Assembly (NCBI GenBank): GCA_045580065.1 | Contig: JAZNNA010000003.1 | Location: 1-56,704, forward strand | DNA from: Eubacteriales bacterium | GTDB lineage: Bacteria; Bacillota; Clostridia; Oscillospirales; CAG-272 | Reading direction: 5' to 3' | DNA: 56,704 nt | Shown: one piece after another, positions 17,932 through 28,459 of the stretch | How positions within the stretch are numbered: position 1 is the first letter of the stretch | How the letters are laid out: every line of letters begins with the position of its first letter | Notes under the pieces: generated by a model | Databases searched by the model: none | Seen by the model: the letters and a program-made list of their open reading frames with translations, nothing else | What the model was told of the DNA's origin: nothing | Position numbers and translations under genes: made by a program

Positions 17932-17961
17932 ATTATACAGTATTTAGTATTTGTTTGTCAA
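17932..17961 (-). promoter_or_regulatory. sigma-A type promoter of the DUF1538 operon
   Basis: Minus strand reads TTGACA, 18 nt spacer, TATAAT, about 40 nt upstream of the start codon. Confidence 0.65.
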
Positions 17962-18056
17962 GGGGGGAGTGTGGCGATTTCGTAACGCAAGAAGCAAGAT
18001 TTTTTGACACCGTTCCCCCACTTTTTTCATATTCTGCCAATAGAGGAGGTGTTTTT

Positions 18057-18308
18057 ATGTCCGGTGAAGCAGCATGGAGCTGCATAGCGGCACTCGGCAG
18101 CACGACGCAGGCGATCAAGGCGCAGCGCGTTTTGCTTGGCAGCGGCATTCCCGCCGAGGTGCTGGCTCTCGCCCCCTCGCAAACCAGAAGGGGCTGCGCC
18201 TTTGGCGTATCCTTTTCCTGCAGCAGGCTTGCCGCGGTGCGCGCAGAGCTGCAAAACGCGGGAATTCCCGTTTCTCAATTCATCAAAAGAAAGGAACCCT
18301 TCACTTGA
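18057..18308 (+). CDS. DUF3343 domain protein (putative S/Se-carrier-like)
   Basis: ATG at 18057 preceded by GAGGAGG. 83 aa. STTQAIKAQRVLLGSGIPAEVLALAPSQTRRGCAFGVSF resembles the DUF3343 pattern. Followed by a desulfurase gene. Confidence 0.65.
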   Translation: MSGEAAWSCIAALGSTTQAIKAQRVLLGSGIPAEVLALAPSQTRRGCAFGVSFSCSRLAAVRAELQNAGIPVSQFIKRKEPFT

Positions 18309-19426
18309 TCTATCTGGATCATGCGGCAACCACCTTTCCAAAGCCGGGCAGCGTTTTGCGCGAGGTGGAGCGCTGCATCACGACCTATTGCGGCAACGCG
18401 GGCAGGGGCGCGCACCCGTTGGCGCTCGCCAGCGCCGAGGCGATCTACTCCACGCGTGTTGCCCTTTCAGATTTTTTGCACCTTGGAGCGCCGGAGCGCA
18501 TCATCTTTACCCAGAACACGACCCACGCCCTCAACCTCGCTCTGCAGGGCTTTTTGCGGCCGGGAGCGCACGTTCTGATCTCAGAGCTGGAGCACAACGC
18601 CGTTTTGCGTCCACTTTGTGCCCTGCGCGATGCGGGCAGGATCACGTTTGACGTCTTTCCCGTTCTGGGGCACTCCAAGGCCGAGGTGCTTGAGGGCATC
18701 CGTGCTCGTTGCCATCGGCACACAAGCGCCGTAGTCTGCACACACGCCTCAAATATTTGCTCCGTTACGCTCCCACTTGATGAGATCGGCGCCCTTTGTA
18801 AAGAAAAAGGGTTGACCTTTATCGTGGATGCAGCGCAATCGGCAGGACATTTGCCGATCGATATGCAAAAAATGCAGATCAGCGCGCTGGCGCTCCCCTC
18901 ACACAAGGGGCTGCTCGGCATTCAAGGCGCGGGGGCACTGGCGCTTGGCGAGGGCTTTTTGCCCGAGCCGCTGCTGTACGGCGGAAGCGGCGTTGCCTCG
19001 CTTTCCACGGAAATGCCGCCCGAGCCACCCGAGCGCTACGAGGCCGGAACGCTGCCCACACCCGCCATCGTTTCGATGCAAAAGGGAGTCGAATTTTTGC
19101 AAGCGTTGGGGCTTGATGCGATCGGGGCGCATGTGAACGCCCTGTTTGCCGCCATGCGCGAGCGGCTTTTGTCGCTGCCCGATATCAGGATCTATCAAGC
19201 AGAGCAGCCCGGGGCGATTCTTCTGTTTTCGCAAAAAGGCCACTCCTCGGCTGAACTGGCGCATCGGCTGGCCGGGGCGGAGATCTGCTGCCGCGCGGGG
19301 CTGCATTGTGCGCCGCTGGCACACAAGGCACTTGGCACGCCGCAGGACGGCGCCGTGCGCCTCAGCTTTGGGATCTTTAATCGCCGGGAGGACGCCGATG
19401 CCGTATGGAAGGCGCTGAAGGCATAA
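18305..19426 (+). CDS. aminotransferase class V / cysteine desulfurase family protein
   Basis: TTG start at 18305 overlaps the DUF3343 stop (TTGA). LIYLDHAATTFPKP..., PLP-lysine motif LPSHKGLLG. Confidence 0.85.
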   Translation: MIYLDHAATTFPKPGSVLREVERCITTYCGNAGRGAHPLALASAEAIYSTRVALSDFLHLGAPERIIFTQNTTHALNLALQGFLRPGAHVLISELEHNAVLRPLCALRDAGRITFDVFPVLGHSKAEVLEGIRARCHRHTSAVVCTHASNICSVTLPLDEIGALCKEKGLTFIVDAAQSAGHLPIDMQKMQISALALPSHKGLLGIQGAGALALGEGFLPEPLLYGGSGVASLSTEMPPEPPERYEAGTLPTPAIVSMQKGVEFLQALGLDAIGAHVNALFAAMRERLLSLPDIRIYQAEQPGAILLFSQKGHSSAELAHRLAGAEICCRAGLHCAPLAHKALGTPQDGAVRLSFGIFNRREDADAVWKALKA

Positions 19427-19458
19427 AAAAAGAACCCCCGGATGGGGGTTCTTTTTTG
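19427..19458. terminator. bidirectional terminator (desulfurase / rplQ)
   Basis: AAAAAAAGAACCCCC GGAT GGGGGTTCTTTTTT. Confidence 0.9.
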
Positions 19459-19460
19459 GA

Positions 19461-19805
19461 TTACTCCTCGTCGATCAGCTTGATGATGGCCATCTCGGCT
19501 GCATCGCCGCGACGGGGACCAAGCTTGAAGATCTGGGTGTAACCGCCGTTGCGGGACTCATACTTGGGAGCGATCTCGTTGAACAGCTTTGCAACGACAT
19601 CCTCCTTGGTGATATAAGCCAGCGCCTGACGGCGAGAAGCAAGAGTATTCTTCTTGCCAAGTGTGATCATTTTCTCTGCCATGGAACGAACTTCCTTTGC
19701 ACGAGCAAGGGTGGTTTCGATCTTGCCGTTCTCAAGCAGGTAAGTCACAAGACCGCGGAGCATTGCATTGCGATGCGCCGTAGGTCTGCCAAGTTTTCCG
19801 GGCAT
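19461..19805 (-). CDS. rplQ: 50S ribosomal protein L17
   Basis: [21 protein letters not shown]... Lies downstream of rpoA. Confidence 0.96.
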   Translation of the reverse strand: MPGKLGRPTAHRNAMLRGLVTYLLENGKIETTLARAKEVRSMAEKMITLGKKNTLASRRQALAYITKEDVVAKLFNEIAPKYESRNGGYTQIFKLGPRRGDAAEMAIIKLIDEE

Positions 19806-19844
19806 TGTGTTTCCCTCCTAATGTTTTCGTTCGGGCACCGCCGA

Positions 19845-20819
19845 TTATTCCTCTTCCTTTTTGAGGTCGAGGCCGAGCGAGTGCAGTTTTTGAATAACTT
19901 CTTCCAGCGATTTCTTGCCGAGGTTGCGGACCTTGATCATGTCCTCCTCGGTGCGGTTGGTAAGATCTTCAACCGTGTCAATGCCGGCGCGCTTCAAGCA
20001 GTTAAAGCTACGCACAGACATGTCAAGCTCTTCAATGGTCATCTCAAGGACCTTTTCTTTGATGGTCTCTTCAGGCTCCTTCAGGATTTCAGCCTCCTTG
20101 GCCTCGTCGGTGAGGTTTACAAAGAGGTTGAGATGTTCATTGAGTATCTTGGCGCCAAGCGAAATCGCTTCTTTGGCCGTGATGGTTCCGTTGGTCAGAA
20201 CATCAATGGTCAGTTTGTCAAGGGCGGAAATGTTGCCCACACGGGTGCTTTCCACGTTGTAGTTGACCTTGTAAACAGGGGTGTAGATAGAGTCGGTAAA
20301 GATGGTACCGATGGGTGCGGAGGTGTTGGGGCCAAGCGCCATAGCAGCAAGCTGCTTGTTGCGCTCCTGCGAAACATATCCGCGGCCGTGATCAAAGGTC
20401 ATTTCCATATAGAAACGCTCATTCTCGGCCAGAGTCAGAATGTGATGCTCGGGGTTCAGGATCTCCAGGTCGGCATCCTGCTTGATGTCGCCTGCGGTAA
20501 CGTCGCGGGGACCGGTCACGTCGATAATGGCGGTCTTTTGCGTGTTGCTGAACAGCTTTGCCGTGATGCCCTTAACGTTAAGGACGATCTCGGTCACATC
20601 CTCTTTTACACCGGGGATCGTGGAAAATTCATGGAGGACACCGTCGATCTTGATGCTGGTTACAGCAACACCCAGCAGGGAGCTGAGCATGATACGACGC
20701 AGAGAATTGCCCAAAGTGATACCGTAGCCGCGCTCCAGGGGATCGACCACAAAGGTACCGCTTTTTCCGTCCTCGCTCAGGTGAGCAATGGTAATATTCG
20801 GCTTTTCGATTTCAAGCAT
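19845..20819 (-). CDS. rpoA: DNA-directed RNA polymerase subunit alpha
   Basis: MLEIEKPNI...[25 protein letters not shown] and C-terminal domain [17 protein letters not shown]. Confidence 0.97.
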   Translation of the reverse strand: MLEIEKPNITIAHLSEDGKSGTFVVDPLERGYGITLGNSLRRIMLSSLLGVAVTSIKIDGVLHEFSTIPGVKEDVTEIVLNVKGITAKLFSNTQKTAIIDVTGPRDVTAGDIKQDADLEILNPEHHILTLAENERFYMEMTFDHGRGYVSQERNKQLAAMALGPNTSAPIGTIFTDSIYTPVYKVNYNVESTRVGNISALDKLTIDVLTNGTITAKEAISLGAKILNEHLNLFVNLTDEAKEAEILKEPEETIKEKVLEMTIEELDMSVRSFNCLKRAGIDTVEDLTNRTEEDMIKVRNLGKKSLEEVIQKLHSLGLDLKKEEE

Positions 20820-20916
20820 TCCAATAAACCCTCCTAATTTTAATTTGATGCCGCCACGCGGCAGTGGGAAATGTGTGCTGGCGGTATCCGCGCCCGGATA
20901 CCGTCACAGGCACGGA

Positions 20917-21543
20917 TTATTTGGAATAGAACTCAACGATCAGCTGCTCGTTGATCTCAAAATCAATATCCTCGCGAGCAGGAAGAGCAACTACCTTTGC
21001 GGTGCCGTTCTCCTTGTTCACCTCAAGCCACTTGGGAGTAAGCTTGCTGGAAAGACCCTCAAGCAGAGCCTTTACCTTGGTGAGATCGCGGCTGGTTTCC
21101 TTGATTGCGATCACGTCGCCAACCTTAACGGAGATAGAGGGGATGTTTACCTTCTTACCGTTGAGGGTGAAGTGAGCGTGAAGAACCAGCTGACGAGCCT
21201 CGCGGCGGCTGTCTGCCATGCCCATGCGGTAAACCACGTTGTCAAGTCTTCTCTCAAGCAGGACAAGCAGGTTCTCGCCGGTCATACCGGGCTTACGCTC
21301 TGCCTCGTTGTAGAGATTCTTGAACTGGGTCTCCAGCATGCCGTAGTACTTCTTGACCTTCTGCTTTTCACGAAGGTGCATACCGTACTCACGAACCTTT
21401 TTGTTTGCTGCGCCATGCTGACCGGGAGCAGTGTTGCGGCGGTCAAGTGCGCACTTACCTGTCATGCAACGCTCGCCCTTAAGGAACAGCTTAGTGCCCT
21501 CGCGGCGGCAAATGCGACAAGCAGGACCAGTATATCTTGCCAT
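20917..21543 (-). CDS. rpsD: 30S ribosomal protein S4
   Basis: [26 protein letters not shown]... Confidence 0.96.
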   Translation of the reverse strand: MARYTGPACRICRREGTKLFLKGERCMTGKCALDRRNTAPGQHGAANKKVREYGMHLREKQKVKKYYGMLETQFKNLYNEAERKPGMTGENLLVLLERRLDNVVYRMGMADSRREARQLVLHAHFTLNGKKVNIPSISVKVGDVIAIKETSRDLTKVKALLEGLSSKLTPKWLEVNKENGTAKVVALPAREDIDFEINEQLIVEFYSK

Positions 21544-21564
21544 TTTCGTTTACCTCCTGAATGA

Positions 21565-21957
21565 TTAAACGCGGCGGCGCTTGGGGGGACGGCAGCCGTT
21601 GTGGGGGATGGGAGTTACGTCCTTGATCATGGTAACCTGCAGGCCAACAGCCTCCAGTGCACGGATCGCAGACTCACGGCCGGAACCGGGACCCTTAACG
21701 TAAACCTCAACAGACTTCAGACCGTGCTCCATAGCAGCCTTTGCAGCCTGCTCTGCAGCAGATTGAGCAGCAAAGGGGGTGGACTTACGGGAGCCCTTGA
21801 AGCCGAGCTCACCGGCAGATGCCCAAGAAATTGCATTGCCTGCAACGTCGGTCACGGTGATGATGGTATTATTGAAAGTTGCGCTGATATGCACAGCACC
21901 CTTTTCAATATTTTTGCGCTCGCGGCGTTTCTTAACGACTTTCTTAACATTAGCCAT
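21565..21957 (-). CDS. rpsK: 30S ribosomal protein S11
   Basis: ...[30 protein letters not shown]... Confidence 0.96.
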   Translation of the reverse strand: MANVKKVVKKRRERKNIEKGAVHISATFNNTIITVTDVAGNAISWASAGELGFKGSRKSTPFAAQSAAEQAAKAAMEHGLKSVEVYVKGPGSGRESAIRALEAVGLQVTMIKDVTPIPHNGCRPPKRRRV

Positions 21958-21973
21958 TTGTTATGCCACTCCT

Positions 21974-22342
21974 TTATTTCTTCTTGTTCGCAATGGTCTT
22001 TGCGGGACCCTTACGAGTTCTGGCGTTGGTCTTGGTTCTCTGACCTCTCACGGGCAGGCCTTTTCTGTGGCGGATGCCGCGATAGCAGTTGATCTCAACC
22101 AGACGCTTGATGTTCAGCGCGACGTCACGGCGAAGGTCACCCTCGACGTGGTAAGAATTTTCGATCTCGTCACGCAGCTTTGCAACCTCTTCCTCGGTCA
22201 GATCCTTTGCACGGGTATCGGGATTGATACCGGTCTTAGCGAGGATGTCGTTTGCGCTCTTACGGCCGATGCCGTAGATATAGGTGAGTGCAATTTCCAC
22301 TCTCTTTTGATTGGGAATATCAACACCTGCAATACGAGCCAT
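21974..22342 (-). CDS. rpsM: 30S ribosomal protein S13
   Basis: [26 protein letters not shown]... Confidence 0.96.
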   Translation of the reverse strand: MARIAGVDIPNQKRVEIALTYIYGIGRKSANDILAKTGINPDTRAKDLTEEEVAKLRDEIENSYHVEGDLRRDVALNIKRLVEINCYRGIRHRKGLPVRGQRTKTNARTRKGPAKTIANKKK

Positions 22343-22372
22343 ACTATTTTACCTCTTTCTTCAGTGTGGGGA

Positions 22373-22486
22373 TTAGCCCTGTCTCTGCTTGTGCTTGGGA
22401 TTTTCACAGATGACCATTACCTGGCCCTTTCTCTTGATAATCTTGCACTTTTCGCAGATCTTTTTAACGGAAGGCTTTACTTTCAT
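22373..22486 (-). CDS. rpmJ: 50S ribosomal protein L36 (zinc-binding form)
   Basis: Not in the ORF track because it is too short. Hand translation of the minus strand gives [37 protein letters not shown]. Confidence 0.93.
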   Translation of the reverse strand: MKVKPSVKKICEKCKIIKRKGQVMVICENPKHKQRQG

Positions 22487-22527
22487 TTGTCACACCATTC
22501 CTTTCATCTAAAATTTGATCCAAACGA

Positions 22528-22746
22528 TCATTTCGCACGCCAGGTGATGCGCCCCTTGGTCAGGTCATAGACCGAAACCTCGATGGTAACGCGGTCGCCG
22601 GGCAAAATGCGGATATAGTTCATACGAAGCTTGCCGGAAATGTGGGCAGTTACAACGTGCCCGTTCGGCAATTTTACTTTGAAGTTGGCGTTGGGCAGAG
22701 CCTCAAGCACCGTGCCTTCAAATTCGATCACATCATCCTTTGGCAA
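22528..22746 (-). CDS. infA: translation initiation factor IF-1
   Basis: [53 protein letters not shown]... Confidence 0.96.
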   Translation of the reverse strand: MPKDDVIEFEGTVLEALPNANFKVKLPNGHVVTAHISGKLRMNYIRILPGDRVTIEVSVYDLTKGRITWRAK

Positions 22747-22781
22747 AACATTCCCTCCCTTTCTGTGATGTTTTTTGCGAT

Positions 22782-23543
22782 TTATTCTCCAATTTCAACC
22801 TCTGTCAGATTGATGATACCCTCCTCGGTCAGCGCTACGGTGTTTTCGTAGTGCGCCGAAAGGCTGCCGTCAACGGTTTTGACCGTCCATCCGTCCGCCA
22901 TCTCACGAACCTCATGCGCCCCGGCATTGACCATCGGCTCGATGGCAATGACCAGCCCCGCACAAAGACGGGGTCCGCGCCCGGGCGTGCCGTAATTCGG
23001 AACGTCGGGTTGCTCGTGCACGTCGCGGCCGATGCCGTGCCCCACGTATCGCCTTACCACGCTAAAGCCCTGAGAACGCACATAGCCGTCAACAGCCGCG
23101 CCGATATCGCCGATGCGATTACCGACTTTAACTGCTGTGAGTGCCTCATTGAAGCTTTGCTTGGTCGCTGCGATCAGGCGCAGTGCCTCGTCGCTGACTT
23201 TCCCCACGGGAAAGGTGCGCGCGCTATCGCCGTGGTAGCCCTTATAAAAGGCCCCAAGGTCGATCTTTACAATGTCACCCTCCTGCAAAACTCGTTGCTT
23301 TGAGGGGATGCCGTGAATGACTTCATCATTGATGCTGATGCAAGCAGATCCGGGAAAGCCGTACAGCCCGAGAAACGAGGGCTTTGCGCCCCGCTTTTCA
23401 ATGTGGTTACGGATCACCGTATCCAATTCCTTGGTGCTGATGCCGGGGCGGATGTGATCACGGGCGACAAGCAAAGCCTCGCCCGTGATACGTCCTGCCT
23501 CCTTCATGGCTGCGATCTGCACAGGATTTTTGATCTGTATCAT
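22782..23543 (-). CDS. map: type I methionine aminopeptidase
   Basis: Internal ATG at 23543, just after the adk stop. [24 protein letters not shown]..., with metal ligands in the [12 protein letters not shown] and HGIG blocks. Confidence 0.93.
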   Translation of the reverse strand: MIQIKNPVQIAAMKEAGRITGEALLVARDHIRPGISTKELDTVIRNHIEKRGAKPSFLGLYGFPGSACISINDEVIHGIPSKQRVLQEGDIVKIDLGAFYKGYHGDSARTFPVGKVSDEALRLIAATKQSFNEALTAVKVGNRIGDIGAAVDGYVRSQGFSVVRRYVGHGIGRDVHEQPDVPNYGTPGRGPRLCAGLVIAIEPMVNAGAHEVREMADGWTVKTVDGSLSAHYENTVALTEEGIINLTEVEIGE

Positions 23544-23547
23544 CGGT

Positions 23548-24180
23548 TTAAATGTTGCTGAGCGCCTCGAAGGTAAGGCGAGTGGTGTCACACACCTCTT
23601 CCTGGCCTTCAACAGTCAGCAGAATACCCTTTTTGGCGTAATACTCCTTCAAGGGCTCGGTCTGCGAATGGTAGGTGCTCAGTCGGTTGAGTACGGTTTC
23701 GGGAGCATCGTCCTTGCGGACGTAAAGCTCGGCACCGCACCTGTCGCAAATGCCATCTTTTTTAGAGGGCTTGTAGACGGTATGATAGGAAGCGCCGCAA
23801 GTGCAAACGCGTCTGCCGCTCATACGCTCTACGATCTTTTCGTCTGCCACCTCGATAGAGAGGACGGCGTCGATCTTAACGCCCATTGCATCCAACGCCT
23901 CAGCCTGAGGGATGGAGCGAGGAAATCCGTCAAGAATGAAGCCATTCTTGCAGATATCGGACGCCAGATATTCCTTGATAATACCAATTACGATCTCATC
24001 GGGGACAAGGTTGCCGCCATCCATATAGGATTTTGCAGTCTTGCCAAGCTCCGTGCCCTCTTTGATAGCGGCGCGAAGCATATCGCCGGTGGAAATCGCG
24101 GGAATTCCCCACTTTTCTGAGATCTTCTCGGACTGCGTGCCTTTGCCCGCACCCGGAGCACCCATCAGAATTAAATTCAT
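23548..24180 (-). CDS. adk: adenylate kinase (zinc-lid type)
   Basis: Internal ATG at 24180 with GGAGGA upstream. [17 protein letters not shown]-loop. Lid is CTCG...CDRCG. Confidence 0.95.
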   Translation of the reverse strand: MNLILMGAPGAGKGTQSEKISEKWGIPAISTGDMLRAAIKEGTELGKTAKSYMDGGNLVPDEIVIGIIKEYLASDICKNGFILDGFPRSIPQAEALDAMGVKIDAVLSIEVADEKIVERMSGRRVCTCGASYHTVYKPSKKDGICDRCGAELYVRKDDAPETVLNRLSTYHSQTEPLKEYYAKKGILLTVEGQEEVCDTTRLTFEALSNI

Positions 24181-24209
24181 AGTATCCTCCATCAATGAAT
24201 TCAGTGGAA

Positions 24210-25532
24210 TCAACCAAGGAAGCCCTTGCTTTGACGCAGGCTGAGCTGTGCCTCAAGATCACGGATGGTCTCAAGAACAACGCCCACAACGATGAGCAAG
24301 GAGGAGCCGCTGAAGGTCAGTGCGCCAAGGCCTGCGGGAACGCTAACGCCTGCGTTTGCCAATGCGGAGGTCACAACGGTAACCAGCATGGGAACGCCTG
24401 CAACGATGCACAGGAAGAATGCGCCGATCAGCGTGATACGCTTGAGAATGCGCTGGATATACTGTACGGTGGGGCGACCGGGACGGTGTCCGGGGATCGC
24501 GCCGCCGTTGCTGTTGATGTTGTTTGCTACCTCAACAGGGTTGAAGGAGATCAACACGTAGAAGTAGGAGAACGCCACCGTCAGCACCAGGAACACAACG
24601 AGATATTCCCAAGTGGAGGGAGAGAAGAAGTTGTCGACAAAGTCAACGAAGCCCTTCCATTTACCGGAAGGAACGAATGCAACGATGGTTGCAGGAATAG
24701 AAACAATAGAAGAAGCGAAAATGATGGGCATAACGCCGGTCATATTCAGCTTAATGGGAAGGTTGGTGGACTGACCGCCATACATCTTGCGACCCACAAC
24801 GCGCTTTGCGTACTGGATCGGGATGCGGCGCTCGGAGTTGGTGACGAAGACGATGAAGGCGATCGCAGCAAGAGCAACGATCACAACAACAACAGCAACG
24901 ATCACACCTACCCACCAGGTACCGCTTGCGATACCGGTAACCAGAGAGTTGGCAAGGCCGGGGAAGCTTGCAATGATGTTGATGCACAGGATCACGGAGA
25001 TACCGTTACCAATGCCCTTCTCGTTGACAAGCTCGGCAAGCCACATCACGATGGATGCACCGGCACAGAAGCAAGCGTTGATGACGAGCATGGCGAACCA
25101 ATCGTCACGAACGAGCCAGCCCTGCGTGTTAAGCAGCATGCTGTAGCCATAGCTGGTAATGGCCGCCAAAGCAACGGTCAGGATGCGAGTGAGAAGATTG
25201 ATCTTCTTCTGGCCGTTTGCGCCGTCCTTTGCCCATCTTTCGAGGGGAGGAAGTGCTACGGTCAAAAGCTGCACAACGATCGAAGCCGTGATATACGGGC
25301 TGACCGACAGTGCAAACAGCGTGGCGTATTGCATAGCGCCACCGGAGAGGATGCTCATCAGTCCAAGGACGGAGGAGCCATAGAGAGCGCTGAAGGACTC
25401 AGAAATATCTCCGCTGACAAAGGGGACGCAAATGCAAGCACCAAGGCGATAAAGGAGGACGATAAACAATGTGAAGAGCATCTTCTTTTGCAGTTCCGGT
25501 GTCTTCCACGCGTTCTTTAACGTCTTAAACAT
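24210..25532 (-). CDS. secY: preprotein translocase subunit SecY
   Basis: 440 aa polytopic protein. [31 protein letters not shown]... Canonical position after rplO. Confidence 0.96.
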   Translation of the reverse strand: MFKTLKNAWKTPELQKKMLFTLFIVLLYRLGACICVPFVSGDISESFSALYGSSVLGLMSILSGGAMQYATLFALSVSPYITASIVVQLLTVALPPLERWAKDGANGQKKINLLTRILTVALAAITSYGYSMLLNTQGWLVRDDWFAMLVINACFCAGASIVMWLAELVNEKGIGNGISVILCINIIASFPGLANSLVTGIASGTWWVGVIVAVVVVIVALAAIAFIVFVTNSERRIPIQYAKRVVGRKMYGGQSTNLPIKLNMTGVMPIIFASSIVSIPATIVAFVPSGKWKGFVDFVDNFFSPSTWEYLVVFLVLTVAFSYFYVLISFNPVEVANNINSNGGAIPGHRPGRPTVQYIQRILKRITLIGAFFLCIVAGVPMLVTVVTSALANAGVSVPAGLGALTFSGSSLLIVVGVVLETIRDLEAQLSLRQSKGFLG

Positions 25533-25534
25533 CC

Positions 25535-25978
25535 TTATGCCACCTCGATCTTTCCACCTGCTGCTTCAATCTTTTCCTTTGCGGTAGCCGAAAAGACGGT
25601 AGCTTTTACGGTTAATGCCCGGGTAAGCTCGCCATTGCCCAAGATCTTAACACCGTCCACAACCTTGCGAACGATTCTCTTGGCCATCAGTGCTTCCAGG
25701 TCTACAACTGCACCGTTGTCGAACACGTTAAGCTGCTCAACGTTAACGATGGCGTATACCTTAGCAAACTTGTTGTTAAAGCCGCGCTTGGGGTGCTTAC
25801 GGTAAAGCGGGATCTGACCGCCCTCGAAGCCGGGACGAACACCGCCGCCGGAGCGAGCGTTTTGACCCTTGTGACCCTTGCCTGCGGTCTTGCCGTTACC
25901 GGAACCGGGGCCGCGGCCCTTGCGGTAGGTTGCCTTTGCGGAACCTTCTGCGGGAGAGAGTTCATGGAGTTTCATCAT
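25535..25978 (-). CDS. rplO: 50S ribosomal protein L15
   Basis: [12 protein letters not shown]...[19 protein letters not shown]... Confidence 0.96.
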   Translation of the reverse strand: MMKLHELSPAEGSAKATYRKGRGPGSGNGKTAGKGHKGQNARSGGGVRPGFEGGQIPLYRKHPKRGFNNKFAKVYAIVNVEQLNVFDNGAVVDLEALMAKRIVRKVVDGVKILGNGELTRALTVKATVFSATAKEKIEAAGGKIEVA

Positions 25979-25989
25979 CTTTACCTCCT

Positions 25990-26163
25990 TTACGCGTTTT
26001 CTACCTTAACAAGGTGAGAGATGACCTTCACCTTGCCGGCAAGAACGGCGTTGTCCTCATGAATGATGAAATCGCCGATTTTGTTAAGGCCAAGGGACTT
26101 AGCAGTGGCCTTCTGATTGGGAAGAGCGCCGATGGTGCTCTTTACAAGAGTAACCTTTTTCAT
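25990..26163 (-). CDS. rpmD: 50S ribosomal protein L30
   Basis: Start taken at the second ATG (26163), 8 nt after [34 protein letters not shown]... Confidence 0.9.
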   Translation of the reverse strand: MKKVTLVKSTIGALPNQKATAKSLGLNKIGDFIIHEDNAVLAGKVKVISHLVKVENA

Positions 26164-26176
26164 TGCCATTCCCTCC

Positions 26177-26680
26177 TTAACCCTTGATCTGTGCCACGTC
26201 AAGGTCGCGGATCTTAGCAACCTCTTCAGCGGTACGCAGAGCCTTCAGACCCTCAACAGTAGCCTTAACTACGTTAGCAGGGTTGCTGGAACGCAGGCAC
26301 TTTGCACGGATGTTCTTGATGCCGGCAAGCTCCAGCACGAAACGAACACCGCCGCCTGCGATGATACCGGTACCGGGAGCGGCAGGCTTAAGAAGAACCT
26401 TGCCGGCGCCGAATACACCGATAACCTCGTGGGGGATGGTGCTTCCCTTAAGGGAAACAGTGATCATATTTTTCTTTGCATCCTCAATGCCCTTGCGAAT
26501 TGCTTCCGGCACCTCGGCTGCCTTACCGAGACCTACACCGATGCGGCCCTTGCCGTCGCCTACTGCCATGATAGCGGCAAAGCGAGCGGTACGACCACCT
26601 TTAACGGTCTTGGAAACACGGTTGAGTGCGATGAGCTGTTCTTTGAACTCTTGCTCAGCGGGATTTCTGTTGTAAGCCAT
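26177..26680 (-). CDS. rpsE: 30S ribosomal protein S5
   Basis: ...[39 protein letters not shown]... Confidence 0.96.
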   Translation of the reverse strand: MAYNRNPAEQEFKEQLIALNRVSKTVKGGRTARFAAIMAVGDGKGRIGVGLGKAAEVPEAIRKGIEDAKKNMITVSLKGSTIPHEVIGVFGAGKVLLKPAAPGTGIIAGGGVRFVLELAGIKNIRAKCLRSSNPANVVKATVEGLKALRTAEEVAKIRDLDVAQIKG

Positions 26681-26733
26681 GTTTTTCCTCCTAAAATTTG
26701 CTCAACTGAAGTTAAGCAGTGTACAAACCGGAC

Positions 26734-27093
26734 TCAGAACTTCAGGCCGCCCTCGCGAGCGCCTTCAGCCAGTTCCGATACACGTCCGTGATAAAGATAG
26801 CCGCCACGGTCGAATACGACTTCGGTAATACCCTTTGCAGCTGCACGCTCGGCAAGAGTCTTGCCAACGCTTCTTGCTGCTGCCTTGTTGCTGCCGATTT
26901 CCTCAAACGCCTTTTCGTAGGTGGAAGCGGATACAAGCGTAACACCTGCCACGTCATCAATGATCTGGGCGCTGATGTTCGCATTGGAACGATACACGCA
27001 CAGACGGGGACGTGCTGCGGTGCCGGAGATCTTTGCTCTGACTCTCTTATGTCTCTTAAGGCGAGCCTGATTGCTGTCTTTTCTCGATACCAT
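26734..27093 (-). CDS. rplR: 50S ribosomal protein L18
   Basis: ...[36 protein letters not shown]... Confidence 0.96.
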   Translation of the reverse strand: MVSRKDSNQARLKRHKRVRAKISGTAARPRLCVYRSNANISAQIIDDVAGVTLVSASTYEKAFEEIGSNKAAARSVGKTLAERAAAKGITEVVFDRGGYLYHGRVSELAEGAREGGLKF

Positions 27094-27111
27094 TTCAATC
27101 CACTCCTTTCA

Positions 27112-27672
27112 TTATTTACCGGCTTTACCGGCCTTGCGGCGAATGTGTTCGTCAGCATACTTAACACCCTTGCCATGATAAGGCTCGGGGGGTCTCTTGC
27201 CGCGGATAACAGCGGCGATCTGGCCTACAGCCTGCTTGTTGATGCCCTTCACGATGATGGTGTTGGGGTTGGGAACCTCAAAGGTAATGCCCTCGGGCTC
27301 GGCAACGACCAGGTTGCTCTGGGGAAGACCCTTCACCAGAGAATGACCAAGATAAAGCTGCAGGTTCTTGCCCTGCTTTGCAACCTTGTAGCCTACGCCA
27401 ACAATCTCAAGAGTCTTGGAGTAACCGGTGGTTACGCCAACTACCATGTTGTTGAGCAGTGCGCGGGTCAGACCGTGCAGGCTACGGGTCTCCTTTTCGT
27501 CATTGGGGCGGGTAACGATAAGCTCGGCACCCTCCTGCTTGATGGTAAGGAGCGTGGTAAAGGTCTCGGTAAGGGTACCGAGGGGGCCCTTTACGGTAAC
27601 AACGTTGCCATCAGCGATGGTAACGGTTACGTTTGCGGGGATAGCGACAGGCATTCTTCCAATTCTAGACAT
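27112..27672 (-). CDS. rplF: 50S ribosomal protein L6
   Basis: [32 protein letters not shown]... Confidence 0.96.
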   Translation of the reverse strand: MSRIGRMPVAIPANVTVTIADGNVVTVKGPLGTLTETFTTLLTIKQEGAELIVTRPNDEKETRSLHGLTRALLNNMVVGVTTGYSKTLEIVGVGYKVAKQGKNLQLYLGHSLVKGLPQSNLVVAEPEGITFEVPNPNTIIVKGINKQAVGQIAAVIRGKRPPEPYHGKGVKYADEHIRRKAGKAGK

Positions 27673-27686
27673 CTTATGCTACCTCC

Positions 27687-28085
27687 TTACCAAACGAAGG
27701 CGATGACTTCGCCACCGATCTTCAGCTCGCGTGCCTTCTTGTCGGTCATAATACCCTTAGAGGTGGACACGATCGCGATACCAAGACCGTTCATAACCTT
27801 GGGCATATCCTCGTAGCCGGCGTAAATACGAAGGCCGGGCTTGGACACGCGGCGCAGGCCACGGATGACCTTCTGCTTGCCGGCAGTGTACTTAAGCGTA
27901 ACGCGGATGCTGCCCTGCTTGCCGTCCTCGATCACCTGATAGCCCTTTACATAGCCCTCAGCGGTGAGAATGTCGGCAATGGACTTCTTCATGTTGGATG
28001 CCGGAATATCAACCGTAGCGTGCTTCGCATTGCTTGCGTTGCGGATACGGGTGAGCATATCGGCAATAACGTCAGACATTTGCAT
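27687..28085 (-). CDS. rpsH: 30S ribosomal protein S8
   Basis: [22 protein letters not shown]... Confidence 0.96.
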   Translation of the reverse strand: MQMSDVIADMLTRIRNASNAKHATVDIPASNMKKSIADILTAEGYVKGYQVIEDGKQGSIRVTLKYTAGKQKVIRGLRRVSKPGLRIYAGYEDMPKVMNGLGIAIVSTSKGIMTDKKARELKIGGEVIAFVW

Positions 28086-28255
28086 AATTAAATCCTCCTG
28101 TATGCAAGTATTTTTTTCTTGCTGCCGACCGTTTTGCGGTCGGCGGCCGATCGGTGGTTAAATCTAACTGCCCTCTGTTTTTTGGAGCCACGTTTAATTT
28201 CCTACCGAAAGTTAGGGGTTATTCGATCGGGCTTTGCCCGAGGAATACAAATGAA
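28086..28255 (-). other. unusually long structured spacer between rpsN(Z) and rpsH
   Basis: 170 nt with no ORF. The minus-strand RNA contains hairpins TCGGGC-AAA-GCCCGA, GCCGACCG-CAAAA-CGGTCGGC and GCAAG-N11-CTTGC. The last lies next to the rpsH RBS. Confidence 0.5.
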
Positions 28256-28441
28256 TTACCAGGATGCTTTCTTTACACCGGGGATCTCGCCCTTGTAGGC
28301 AAGGTTACGGAAGCAAATACGGCAAATACCGAACTTACGCAGGTAAGCGTGAGGACGGCCGCAGATCTTGCATCTGGTGTAAGCGCGAGTGGAGTACTTA
28401 GGCTCTCTCTGCTGCTTGAGAATCATAGATTTCTTTGCCAT
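28256..28441 (-). CDS. rpsN: 30S ribosomal protein S14 type Z (zinc-binding)
   Basis: 61 aa. [21 protein letters not shown] (CxxC...CxxC). Confidence 0.96.
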   Translation of the reverse strand: MAKKSMILKQQREPKYSTRAYTRCKICGRPHAYLRKFGICRICFRNLAYKGEIPGVKKASW

Positions 28442-28459
28442 TGTTCTTTACCTCCCGGA

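Noticed and set aside
16838-17947. 369-aa plus-strand ORF
   Set aside because: It is antisense to the DUF1538 membrane gene. Its extremely basic and Gln/His-rich composition is typical of the reverse frame of a hydrophobic protein.
19773-20837. 354-aa plus-strand ORF
   Set aside because: It is antisense to rpoA.
24195-25520. 441-aa plus-strand ORF
   Set aside because: It is antisense to secY. It is rich in Asp/Asn/Gly/His/Cys in a mirror-codon pattern and resembles no known family.
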